The notes beneath the pieces were generated by a model. That model ran no database searches. It saw nothing but the letters and a program-made list of their open reading frames with translations, and was not told the DNA's origin. Position numbers and translations under genes: made by a program. From Oxalobacteraceae bacterium (GTDB lineage: Bacteria; Pseudomonadota; Gammaproteobacteria; Burkholderiales; Burkholderiaceae_D): a stretch of DNA of 64,000 bases. Each line of letters begins with the position of its first letter. Within the stretch, counting starts at the first letter, position 1. The stretch is from contig OMID01000062.1 of the NCBI GenBank assembly GCA_900299005.1, positions 38,543 through 102,542 of the forward strand, given 5' to 3'. This document shows, in pieces, positions 55,340-64,000 of the stretch.

Positions 55340-56005
55340 CTATACAGGTGCCTTGCTGCCTGTGTCTGGGCGGGCAGCTAGTGCGAGATAACGCTGATGC
55401 AGTGCAGCGACGGCCTGTTCGAGGCGCTCGATTGGTTGATCGTTGACGATCACATCATCTGCGACAGCGAGCCGTTGTTCCCGGCTTGCTTGGGCGCTCA
55501 TGATTGCGCGTACTTGCCCGGCCGATAACTGGCTACGGCGCATCACACGCTCAATCTGCAGGGCTTCACTGCAATCCACCACCAGTACCCGGTCAACGCG
55601 GTCTTTCCAGCGCCCGGACTCGACCAGCAGCGGCACCACGAACACGAGATAGCTGCCGGTGGCGCGGCCGGCCTCGATCTGGGTTTGTTGCCCGATCAGC
55701 GGGTGGAGAATGGCCTCAAGTTGCTGTTTGGCGGTCGGATCCGAGAACACGCGCTCGCGCATCGCATTCCGGTCAAGCGCGCCCTCTGCTGTCAAAAAGC
55801 TATCGCCAAAAACCCTGACGATGGGCGCGATGGCTGCGCCGCCGGGTGCTGTCAGTGCATGCGCAATCTGGTCGGTATCGATGATCGCCGCGCCCCGCCG
55901 CGCGAGCATGTCCGCCACTGCGGATTTACCACTGCCGATGCCGCCGGTCAGGCCAATCGAGAATCGCCGGAAAGCGTTGTCTGTCATGTCTGTCATGTCT
56001 GTCAT
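55340..56005 (-). CDS. coaE: Dephospho-CoA kinase
   Basis: [37 protein letters not shown]; three alternative ATGs from a 9-bp repeat. Confidence 0.95.
   Translation of the reverse strand: MTDMTDMTDNAFRRFSIGLTGGIGSGKSAVADMLARRGAAIIDTDQIAHALTAPGGAAIAPIVRVFGDSFLTAEGALDRNAMRERVFSDPTAKQQLEAILHPLIGQQTQIEAGRATGSYLVFVVPLLVESGRWKDRVDRVLVVDCSEALQIERVMRRSQLSAGQVRAIMSAQASREQRLAVADDVIVNDQPIERLEQAVAALHQRYLALAARPDTGSKAPV
55979..56005. repeat. 3 x 9-bp tandem repeat at the coaE start (ATGACAGAC on the minus strand)
   Basis: GTCTGTCAT x3 read directly; encodes MTD-MTD-MTD. Confidence 0.9.
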
Positions 56006-56039
56006 TGTCTCTGCGGCGCTGAAACGTCACGTGCCAGCG

Positions 56040-56945
56040 TCATGCGGAGAGCCATGCCTGAAGCAAGGGTTGCCCGTACAAGAGTGCGATCAGCCCCGCA
56101 GCTGCCAGAAAAGGCCCGAAAGGAATGGGTCGGCCTCGATGATGGCCACGGAATGCGATCAGTGACAGACCCACGACGGCGCCCACGGCGGACGATAGCA
56201 GCACAATGACCGGCAGCATCATCCAGCCTAGCCACGCACCCAGCGCGGCGAGCAGCTTGAAGTCACCATAGCCGATTCCATCCTTGCCGGTTGCCAGCTT
56301 GAAGAGCCAGTAAACCACCCAGAGTGACACATAGCCGGCAGCCGCACCGATGACGGCATCCTGCAGCGGCACGAAGGTGTCATTGAGGTTCACCAGCAGT
56401 CCCAGCCACAGCAGCGGCAGCGTCAGCTCATCGGGCAGCAATTGCGTGTCGATATCAATAAAGGTCATTGCCAGCAGCATCCACACCATCACAAGCGCCG
56501 ATAATCCGGCGAGTGAACTGCCCAATCGCCAGATCACGATGCCGGACAAGGCAGCGGTCAGTAACTCCACGGTAGGGTAGCGCGCCGACACCGGCGCATG
56601 GCAGTAACGGCAGCGACCCTTGAGCCAGACGTAACTGACCAGCGGTAGCTTCTCAGCGAAAGAGAGCGTATGGCCGCAGCTGGTGCAGGCCGAGCCGGGC
56701 ATCATCAGATTGTAGCGATCTGTATGCGGTGGCTGGTCATCGTTTTCCAGGGCGATGTAATTGTCGGATTCGCGCTGCATCATGATCGGGAATCGGTAAA
56801 TCACGACATTCAGGAAACTCCCGATGATCAGACCCAGCAGCGACCAGAAAAGCACCGGGCTCAGGCTTTCTGGCGGAGCAAGCAGCAGGGGAGTGAACAA
56901 GGCTAGAGCAGATTCGTTCATCGCAATGTCGATTCTCAGGGTCAT
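56040..56945 (-). CDS. pilD: Type IV prepilin peptidase / N-methyltransferase
   Basis: GSFLNVVIYRFP, CxxC pairs, FIDIDTQLLPD, GYGDFKL, PFGPFL; start 56945 or 56921. Confidence 0.95.
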   Translation of the reverse strand: MTLRIDIAMNESALALFTPLLLAPPESLSPVLFWSLLGLIIGSFLNVVIYRFPIMMQRESDNYIALENDDQPPHTDRYNLMMPGSACTSCGHTLSFAEKLPLVSYVWLKGRCRYCHAPVSARYPTVELLTAALSGIVIWRLGSSLAGLSALVMVWMLLAMTFIDIDTQLLPDELTLPLLWLGLLVNLNDTFVPLQDAVIGAAAGYVSLWVVYWLFKLATGKDGIGYGDFKLLAALGAWLGWMMLPVIVLLSSAVGAVVGLSLIAFRGHHRGRPIPFGPFLAAAGLIALLYGQPLLQAWLSA

Positions 56946-56953
56946 GGGCCGGA

Positions 56954-58180
56954 TCAGACGACCGACCCCAGCTTGAAGATGGGCAGGTACATCGCAATCA
57001 CCAGACCGCCGATCAGTACCCCCAGCACGACCATGATGACGGGTTCCATGAGAGAAGACAATGACGCAACGGCGGCATCGACTTCTTCCTCGTAGGCTTC
57101 GGCGACCTTGCGCAGCATTTGCTCCAGCGCGCCAGACTCTTCGCCGATGGCGACCATTTGCGTGACCATCGAAGGGAAGACATTTGTGGATTGCATCGCG
57201 ATATTCAGGCTTGTTCCGGTACGGACCGAGGCGGCAATGCGTCGGGTGGCCTCGGCATAGACGGCATTGCCGGAAGCGCCACCCACGGAGTCCAGCGATT
57301 CCACCAAGGGTACTCCGGCAGCAAACATGGTTGATAAGGTGCTCGTCCAGCGGGCGATCACGGCCTTGCGCATCACCTCGCCAAACAGGGGCAAGCGCAG
57401 CGCCAGCCTGTCGGTCGAGGCTTGCAAGGCAAGCGAGCGCCGCCAGGCTCTGATACTAAGCGCCAAGATGACCGCCATCACCATCAACACCAGAACACCG
57501 TAGTGGACAAACTGGTCCGATAGCATGATGACGATGCGAGTCGGCAGTGGCAGCTCTGCGCCAAAACTCTGGAACACCTCCTTGAATGCTGGTACGACCC
57601 ACACCATGATCACAGCAGTCACGATGAAGGCCACTGCCATGACGGCAGCCGGGTAGAACATTGCCGAGCGCACCTTGCCTTTGATAGCCAGCGTTTTTTC
57701 CTTGTAGGTGGCCAGTCGGGCAAGCAGTTGTTCCAGAATGCCGCCCTGCTCGCCGGCCGCCACCAGATTGCAGAACAACGCATCGAAGTACATCGGATAC
57801 CGGCGGAAAGCTTGCGACAGGCTACTGCCTGTTTCAACATCGGCCCGAATGTCCAGCAGCAGCCGGGTCACTGCCGGGTTTGCGTGGCCGCGGGCCACCA
57901 TATCGAAAGACTGCAGCAGAGGCACGCCGGCCTTGAGCATCGTCGAGAGCTGGCGCGTAAATACGCAGATATCCTTATCTCGAATCTTGCGCTGTCGCTG
58001 CCGGGGTTTTTTTCGCACGCGCACGACCGTGATGCCTTGGCGTCGAAGCGTGACATCCACCCTCGCGCGTCCGGCAGCCCGCAGCTCTCCCTGCACAGGT
58101 TTGCCATTTTTATCTTTGCCCTCCCAGAGGAAGACGGTTTCATTGGTATTGCCCGTTCGGGGCTGGCCGGCAGATGCCAT
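56954..58180 (-). CDS. pilC: Type IV pilus inner-membrane platform protein (T2SS F family)
   Basis: FTRQLSTMLKAGVPL, GEQGGILE, AIGEESGAL, LMEP, MYLPIF; start ~58180. Confidence 0.93.
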   Translation of the reverse strand: MASAGQPRTGNTNETVFLWEGKDKNGKPVQGELRAAGRARVDVTLRRQGITVVRVRKKPRQRQRKIRDKDICVFTRQLSTMLKAGVPLLQSFDMVARGHANPAVTRLLLDIRADVETGSSLSQAFRRYPMYFDALFCNLVAAGEQGGILEQLLARLATYKEKTLAIKGKVRSAMFYPAAVMAVAFIVTAVIMVWVVPAFKEVFQSFGAELPLPTRIVIMLSDQFVHYGVLVLMVMAVILALSIRAWRRSLALQASTDRLALRLPLFGEVMRKAVIARWTSTLSTMFAAGVPLVESLDSVGGASGNAVYAEATRRIAASVRTGTSLNIAMQSTNVFPSMVTQMVAIGEESGALEQMLRKVAEAYEEEVDAAVASLSSLMEPVIMVVLGVLIGGLVIAMYLPIFKLGSVV

Positions 58181-58262
58181 TCCATTCTCCTGATGAATCA
58201 CGTACGACGCCACGTTCCAACGCAGGCACGAGCTTGCGGATGACATAGGCGGATGGCCGACC

Positions 58263-59987
58263 TTACTGGTTGGTGCAACTGAGGATCTCTTCCAGCGAGG
58301 TCAGTCCCTGTCTTACCTTCAGTAATCCGGATTCACGCAAGGTCTTGACGCCTTCACGGCGCGCTTGTGCCTCGATCTCCAGTGCTGTGCCATGGGCAAG
58401 GATGATGCTCTCGATTGCCTCGGATATGGGCATCACCTGATAGACGCCGACGCGCCCCTTGTAGCCACTGCCGCTGCATCGCTCGCAACCCAGCGGACCG
58501 TACAGCGGCGTACCGTCAATCTGCGACGCCGTGAATCCTGCCGCCAGCAACACGTTCTCGGGCAGTTGTACAACTTGTTTGCAGTCGCACAGCCGACGGG
58601 CGAGGCGCTGCGCCGTGATCAGGTTGACGGCAGCACCGATATTGAACGCGGCCACCCCCATGTTCAGCAGTCGGGTCAGCGTCGACGGCGCATCGTTCGT
58701 GTGGAGAGTTGAAAACACCATGTGTCCGGTCTGTGCGGCCTTGATCGCGATATCCGCGGTTTCGAGGTCACGGATCTCGCCGACCATGATGATGTCCGGA
58801 TCCTGTCGCAGAAATGCGCGCAGCGCGACCGGGAAAGTCAGTCCTGCGCGTTCATTGATGTTGACCTGATTGATACCGGGCAGGTTGATCTCTGCGGGGT
58901 CCTCTGCAGTGGCGATATTGGTGCCGGGCTTGTTAAGCAGATTCAGGCAGGTGTAGAGCGAGACAGTTTTGCCCGAGCCAGTGGGGCCGGTCACCAAGAC
59001 CATGCCGTACGGTCGGCTGATGGCATCAATGAGCAGGGCTTTCTGGTCTGCCTCGTACCCTAGTAGGTCGATGCCCAGCTGTGCCTGACTGCCGTCAAGG
59101 ATACGCATGACGATTTTTTCGCCGAACAGCGTGGGTAGTGTCGATACCCTGAAGTCGATACTGCGCGAGGGCGATACTTGCAGCTTCATTCTTCCATCTT
59201 GAGGCACTCGCTTCTCAGAAATATCCAGACGAGAGATCACCTTGATGCGCGAGGCAAGCTTTTCCTTGATGACCAGTGGTGGTCGCGCAATTTCGCGCAA
59301 TTCGCCATCGACACGAAAGCGTATTCGATAAAATTTCTCAAAGGGCTCAAAGTGCAAGTCGGATGCGCCCATGTTAATGGCGTCTGTCAGTATCTTCTGC
59401 AGGAATCGAACGACCGGCGCGTCGTCAATCTCGCTGGTGACGGCCTCGCTCTCCGCAGACGATTCGGCATCATCGCTAATCGATACACTGTCGAGATCCT
59501 CACCAATTAGCTCGCTGAGGTGGTGCGCGGCATTTTGGGATAACTTCCCGATCATCTCCATCAGCTGCGGATAGGAAACCACCACCGGCTCGACTGCCAG
59601 CCCAGTCTGAAATTTCACTTGCTCGATAGCGTGCTGCTGACTGGGATCGGCCATGCCCAGAGAGAGCTTTCCCTGACGCCTGGAGAGCACGATCAAGCAG
59701 TGCGTACTTATCAGTCGCGAATCAATCAGGTGCTGTGGCAATGCGTCTGCATCGACAGATGAGAGATCGAGCAATGGATAGCCAAAGGCGTTCGCACAAA
59801 ACTGGGCCAGCGTGTCTGCCTCGATGGCACCACTACCCAGCAGCGCTTCAATGAAAGGCAGTTTCTGTTCAGCGCTGCTGCGTTGGGCTGCTTCCAGTTG
59901 TTGCGCGCTGAGCAGCTGCGCTTGCTGCAGCAGGCGGGGCAGGCTCGACGCCTTAGCATGAGCGCTGGTCGATGCGGGTAGGGTCAT
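58263..59987 (-). CDS. pilB: Type IV-A pilus assembly ATPase
   Basis: DAPVVRF, LDISEKRVPQDGR, VTGPTGSGKT, TAEDPAE, LRQDPDIIMVGEIRD, tetra-Cys motif; start ~59987. Confidence 0.95.
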   Translation of the reverse strand: MTLPASTSAHAKASSLPRLLQQAQLLSAQQLEAAQRSSAEQKLPFIEALLGSGAIEADTLAQFCANAFGYPLLDLSSVDADALPQHLIDSRLISTHCLIVLSRRQGKLSLGMADPSQQHAIEQVKFQTGLAVEPVVVSYPQLMEMIGKLSQNAAHHLSELIGEDLDSVSISDDAESSAESEAVTSEIDDAPVVRFLQKILTDAINMGASDLHFEPFEKFYRIRFRVDGELREIARPPLVIKEKLASRIKVISRLDISEKRVPQDGRMKLQVSPSRSIDFRVSTLPTLFGEKIVMRILDGSQAQLGIDLLGYEADQKALLIDAISRPYGMVLVTGPTGSGKTVSLYTCLNLLNKPGTNIATAEDPAEINLPGINQVNINERAGLTFPVALRAFLRQDPDIIMVGEIRDLETADIAIKAAQTGHMVFSTLHTNDAPSTLTRLLNMGVAAFNIGAAVNLITAQRLARRLCDCKQVVQLPENVLLAAGFTASQIDGTPLYGPLGCERCSGSGYKGRVGVYQVMPISEAIESIILAHGTALEIEAQARREGVKTLRESGLLKVRQGLTSLEEILSCTNQ

Positions 59988-60194
59988 GGGAGGGTGTCGC
60001 CAGTGAAGAAATGCAAACCGGCGGATCATGCGCGATGCACGGTCAACAGCACGTCGAGGCACAGGCCGTGATTATCCGGGGTGGTTAGTCCGTGCTGTGT
60101 CAGTGGGCGAGCTGACGTTAAGTTGCAACAATCGCAGTCATTGCTCGGGAGCCCATTGCTCCACGATCAGGCGCGCTTGATCTGAGTCATAGAC

Positions 60195-61472
60195 TCAGTG
60201 TTGCGGTCGGTAGAGCTTGACCATCCGAATTGCCTGCTCCTGGACTTGCACGATGTCGATCACGACATTCGAAATCTTCAGGCTGATACTCGCTTCGGGT
60301 ATGTCTTCCAATACTTCCAGCAGCAAGCCGTTGATTGTCTTGGGGCCATCCAATGGCAGTTCTAGTCCAAGTCGTTTGTTGACGTCCCGCAGAGAGATGC
60401 TGCCTTCCAGCAGGCATTCGCCACGGCTGTCCCAGTCAAACTGATCTGCGCGACTGGCGCCGGGTGTCGAGGTGGTGAACTCGCCTACCATCTCTTCGAC
60501 GATGTCATCAAGGGTGACCAGACCCTGTACCTCGCCATATTCATCAACGATCACGCCAAGGCGCTCGTGATTTTCCTGGAAATACTGCAGCTGGGTGAAT
60601 AAATTCGTCTCAGCCGGAATGAAATATGGCGGTGTCAGCAATGCGCGAAAATGGTCGACTGTCAATTCATCTTCCTGATTTAGCAAAGCCATAGCCTTTC
60701 GCACATGCAGTATGCCGGCGATCTGATTGATTTCGCCTTCGTGTACCAGCAGCTTGTTGTGATAGCAGGTGGTTAGCTGATGCGTAATTTCTTCGACGGG
60801 CACCGAGAGATTCAGCGCCTCGATCTGCGCTCGCGGTGTCATCACGTCTTCCACGGTGACTCGTTCCAGATCGAAAAGATTGAGCAGAATACTCTTGTGC
60901 TTGTGCGGAATGAAATTCCCGCCTTCAAGCACCATCGAGCGCAACTCTTCCGGCGATAGCCGCATGTCGCGTGCCCCATGGCCTGTGCGCAGCCGCATGA
61001 TGCGCAGCAGGCCGCGCACAAACAGGTTGACGAACCAGATCGCTGGCCTTGCCAGCAGGATCAATGGCTTGATGATGATCGACGCCGGCAGCGCGATCCG
61101 CTCGGGGTAGGTGGCCCCGACCACCTTGGGCGTGATTTCCGCAAAGACGATCAGAAAAAAAGCCACCACGGCGGTGGCAATGGTGATCACTTCCTGATTA
61201 TTGCCGAAAGCCGCAATGGCGATGGAGGTGACAAGTGCCGTGATCAGCGCGTTGATCAAGGTGTTGGCGATGAGGATCAGCGACAGCATCCGGTCGGTAT
61301 GCTCCAGCAGCCACAGCGTACTCTGCGCGAGCCGCGAGCCGCGGCGAGCCAGATGCTTGACGCGATGCCGGTTCAGCGCCATGAGCGCCGTTTCGGAAAT
61401 GGAGAAAAAAGCAGAGGTGCAGGTCAGTATGGCCAGCGCCAGCAATTGCACCCACAAGGGCACGGAGTTCAT
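60195..61472 (-). CDS. HlyC/CorC (CNNM + CBS) family transporter
   Basis: FFSISETALM, VFAEITPK, DVMTPR, VDEYGEVQGLVTLDDIVEEMVGE; follows pilB. Confidence 0.92.
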   Translation of the reverse strand: MNSVPLWVQLLALAILTCTSAFFSISETALMALNRHRVKHLARRGSRLAQSTLWLLEHTDRMLSLILIANTLINALITALVTSIAIAAFGNNQEVITIATAVVAFFLIVFAEITPKVVGATYPERIALPASIIIKPLILLARPAIWFVNLFVRGLLRIMRLRTGHGARDMRLSPEELRSMVLEGGNFIPHKHKSILLNLFDLERVTVEDVMTPRAQIEALNLSVPVEEITHQLTTCYHNKLLVHEGEINQIAGILHVRKAMALLNQEDELTVDHFRALLTPPYFIPAETNLFTQLQYFQENHERLGVIVDEYGEVQGLVTLDDIVEEMVGEFTTSTPGASRADQFDWDSRGECLLEGSISLRDVNKRLGLELPLDGPKTINGLLLEVLEDIPEASISLKISNVVIDIVQVQEQAIRMVKLYRPQH

Positions 61473-61604
61473 GGATTACCGTTGAAGTTTGCGCCGCGAG
61501 AGGCGAAAAGCGAAAAGCAAGCAGCGAGTATAGCGCAGCGCGTCCCCGCGTCTGCAGACAGGATGTCCCTTTGCTAGAATGCTACAACGTGAGAATAACC
61601 AAAA

Positions 61605-62813
61605 ATGATGTCCGCAATGCCCTCATTACGACGTGCCGCCGTCCGCATGTGGCCAGCATCTTTCGCATTGTTGTTGCTGGCGGCTTGTGAAAAGCCGGAT
61701 CATTTGCCGACCGTCTCCGCGACCACCGCGCTTGCGCTGGGCAAGCTGATATTCCATGACACCTCGCTCTCTGCCTCTGGCAAGCAATCCTGCGCGAGTT
61801 GCCATTCGCCCGATCATGCGCATGCGCCATCGAATGCACTGCCTGTTCAGCTGGGCGGTGCGCGGCTTGATCAGTTCGGCATGCGCGCAGTTCCCTCGAT
61901 TCGCTACCTCGCGGCCACGCCTGCTTTTGCATTCGATGAGGAAGGCACGCCCTCTGGCGGATTCAATCGTGACGGCAGTGCCGAGACCCTGGCCGCACAG
62001 GCAGAGCGGCCCTTGTTGGCGGCCAATGAAATGGCGAACCTCACGCGTGCTGCCGTGGTGGACAAGCTGCGCCGGGCCACGTACGCCCCTGCCTTCCGGG
62101 CAGTTTACGGAGAAAAGAGTCTGGACGATGTCGACACGGCATTCGCGGCGCTCAGTGACGCATTACAGCGCTACCAGTTGGAGGCACCAGAATTTCACCC
62201 ATTCGATTCGAAATATGATGCCTACCTCGCGGGCAAGGTGGCGCTGACTGACGCCGAGCTGCGCGGGCTGCAGGTTTTCAATGACGATAAGCGCGGCAAC
62301 TGCGCTGCTTGACACCCCAGTGCGCAGCGTGAAGACGGCAGCCCGCCGCTGTTTACTGACTTTACCTACGATGCACTAGGTGTGGCGCGCAACAAAAGCA
62401 TCGCAGCGAATAACGATGCATTGCATCGCGATCTGGGATTGTGCCGGTCCGGTCGTACAGGGCGCGCGGCGAATCCTTCGGCCTGTGGCAAGTTCAAGGT
62501 GCCGACCTTGCGCAACGTGGCAACGCGCCAGGTGTTTTTCCATAATGGCCAAGTCACGCGCTTGCGGGATGCGGTTGCTTTCTACGTCAGCCGGGATACC
62601 CACCCCGAGAAGTGGTATCCGAGCGTGAATGGCAAAGTGAAAAAATTCGATGACCTTCCTGTGGCCTATCACCGCAATGTGAACGTGGAAGAAGTCCCCT
62701 ACGATCGCAAGCGCGGCGAAACACCGGCCTTGTCCGAGCAGGAGATAGAGGATGTGCTGGCCTTCCTGTACACGCTCAATGATGGTTACAGCGCACCGCG
62801 AAACACGAAATAG
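61605..62813 (+). pseudogene. Di-heme cytochrome c peroxidase / MauG family lipoprotein interrupted by one in-frame TGA at 62310-62312 (pseudogene, sequence error or recoding)
   Basis: Lipobox LLLAAC; LGKLIFHDTSLS...SCASCH; the second motif reads GNCAA*HP and the frame continues open as HPSAQREDGSPPLFTDF...FKVPTLRNVA...FHNG to 62813. Confidence 0.8.
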
Positions 62814-63151
62814 ACGGCGCCCAGCAGGCACAGTCCGGCCCACAGAAAATCCATCCTGAATGATTCGCCCATGTAGAACACGGCAAAGGGCACAAACACG
62901 GCCAGCGTAATGACCTCCTGCAGAATCTTCAGCTGCCCGAGGCTAAAGTGCTGAAAACCGATTCGGTTGCCCGGTACTTGCAACACGTACTCGAAGAAGG
63001 CGATTCCCCAGCTTACCAGCACAGCGATCCACCACGGCTTGTCGGCCAGGTGGCGAAGGTGTGCATACCAGGCAAAAGTCATGAAGATATTCGAGAGCAG
63101 CAGCAGGCCAAGGAAGGAAATCGGGCTTGCAGGAGAGAGAAGCGGGTTCAT
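62786..63151 (-). CDS. DMT family small membrane protein (DUF486-like)
   Basis: SNIFMTFAWYAHL, SWGIAFFEY.LQVPGNRIG, QLKILQEVITL. Confidence 0.88.
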   Translation of the reverse strand: MNPLLSPASPISFLGLLLLSNIFMTFAWYAHLRHLADKPWWIAVLVSWGIAFFEYVLQVPGNRIGFQHFSLGQLKILQEVITLAVFVPFAVFYMGESFRMDFLWAGLCLLGAVYFVFRGAL

Positions 63152-63295
63152 GATGATTCTGCAGTCCTGAACGGGTCAGTGGGGTTTGTCTCGCGGGCTA
63201 CTATAGCGCGTGCTGCCGCCCTTCTCGGAAAGCGGGTTGTCAGCATCACCGGGTACACTGCATGGATTAAGCTTTCAGATCCCGAGTGACACGCC

Positions 63296-63505
63296 ATGCC
63301 CAATTGGAGTTACCTGATTGCCCGTCTAGTCAGCGCCATCGGCTCATGGCTGGACGCGAGCAATCTTCGCAATCGTGTTTACCGGCTGCAGCAAGAAAAT
63401 GAGCTGCTGCGCGTGGCGCTGGATGACATCCGACGCATGGATCCCGAGGGCCGTCTTGGTTGGTACGCACAGCAGGCATTGGAGCGGGCCGATTTGCGCG
63501 ACTGA
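63296..63505 (+). CDS. Hypothetical small protein (69 aa) with a coiled-coil segment
   Basis: Fits cleanly between the DMT and LysR genes; heptad-like LRNRVYRLQQENELLRVALDDI; weak RBS. Confidence 0.55.
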   Translation: MPNWSYLIARLVSAIGSWLDASNLRNRVYRLQQENELLRVALDDIRRMDPEGRLGWYAQQALERADLRD

Positions 63506-63531
63506 GCGCTTGGCCCGCGTTGCAAGCCGCA

Positions 63532-64000
63532 TTATGTTTGCGGCGCGCGACCTCGTCGAGCGGTGGTGATGGGACGCGCTGTTTTTTGTCGGCGCTTTTC
63601 TGCCTTGCCCGACCAGCGTTGAGATTGCTCCTGAAGATGCGCGTTGAATACCCGGGCAATGGGTGAGAGCTGTTTTCCCTTGGGGTAGACCACGTGCCAC
63701 TGCGAGGCCAGCGGGAATCCTTCAATATCCAGTACGGCCACCACATCGTCGTCGAGCCTATCATTGAGGGCATGCCGCGATAGCACGGCAATACCCAACC
63801 CGCCTGCCACCGCCTGCTTGATTGCCTCGTTACTACCCAACTCCAGCCGGAGCGATGGCGAGAATCGCGATTTCCTGAAATGCGCATCGACCGCCATGCG
63901 GGTGCCCGAGCCACGCTCGCGCAGAATGAAGCGCTCTGCTGAGAGTTGCTGCAAGCTGATATTTCTGCGCTTGGCCAGAGGATGCGAGCGTGGCGCGATC
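63532..64000 (-). CDS. LysR family regulator, CbbR/CmpR/CysL-like substrate-binding domain (partial; 5' end beyond the window)
   Basis: FILRERGSGTR, LELGSNEAIKQAVAGGLGIAVLSRHAL, LSPIARVF. Confidence 0.9.
   Translation of the reverse strand, partial: IAPRSHPLAKRRNISLQQLSAERFILRERGSGTRMAVDAHFRKSRFSPSLRLELGSNEAIKQAVAGGLGIAVLSRHALNDRLDDDVVAVLDIEGFPLASQWHVVYPKGKQLSPIARVFNAHLQEQSQRWSGKAEKRRQKTARPITTARRGRAPQT

Noticed and set aside
56040-59987. pilB-pilC-pilD as a novel secretion or competence system
   Set aside because: This is the standard pilBCD-coaE-zapD-yacG locus of beta/gammaproteobacteria; I saw no DNA-uptake-sequence-like repeat.

Overview
64-kb GC-rich chromosomal window from a betaproteobacterium (gene order and protein sequences are Burkholderiales-like; this is inference, not a database result). 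It is mostly core genome: rapZ(partial)-hprK-ptsN, queF-ilvA, a DUF3683-type FAD/Fe-S oxidoreductase, ubiE-ubiJ-ubiB, aspS-nudB-clsB, a short TetR/acyl-CoA dehydrogenase/enoyl-CoA hydratase operon, RNase P RNA (rnpB), the complete dcw cluster (mraZ to ftsZ, lpxC), secA-argJ, yacG-zapD-coaE-pilD-pilC-pilB, a di-heme cytochrome c peroxidase-like gene and a partial LysR gene. The unusual signals are mostly intergenic. (1) Six diverged copies of a ~130-bp element with short terminal inverted repeats resembling IS5-family ends (a MITE-like family, about one per 10 kb). (2) Two consecutive dcw junctions (ftsW-murG and murG-murC) each carry a ~105-bp insert with a duplicated junction sequence and a 34-35 codon mini-ORF that would preserve translational coupling. 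(3) An in-frame TGA falls exactly on the second Cys of a CxxCH heme motif in the peroxidase gene (nonsense mutation, sequence error or Sec recoding). (4) An orphan XRE/HTH gene next to rnpB has a highly structured leader. Two other substitutions at normally conserved residues (SecA, DUF3683 enzyme) suggest that base-call errors are possible. All alignments and folds were done by eye.
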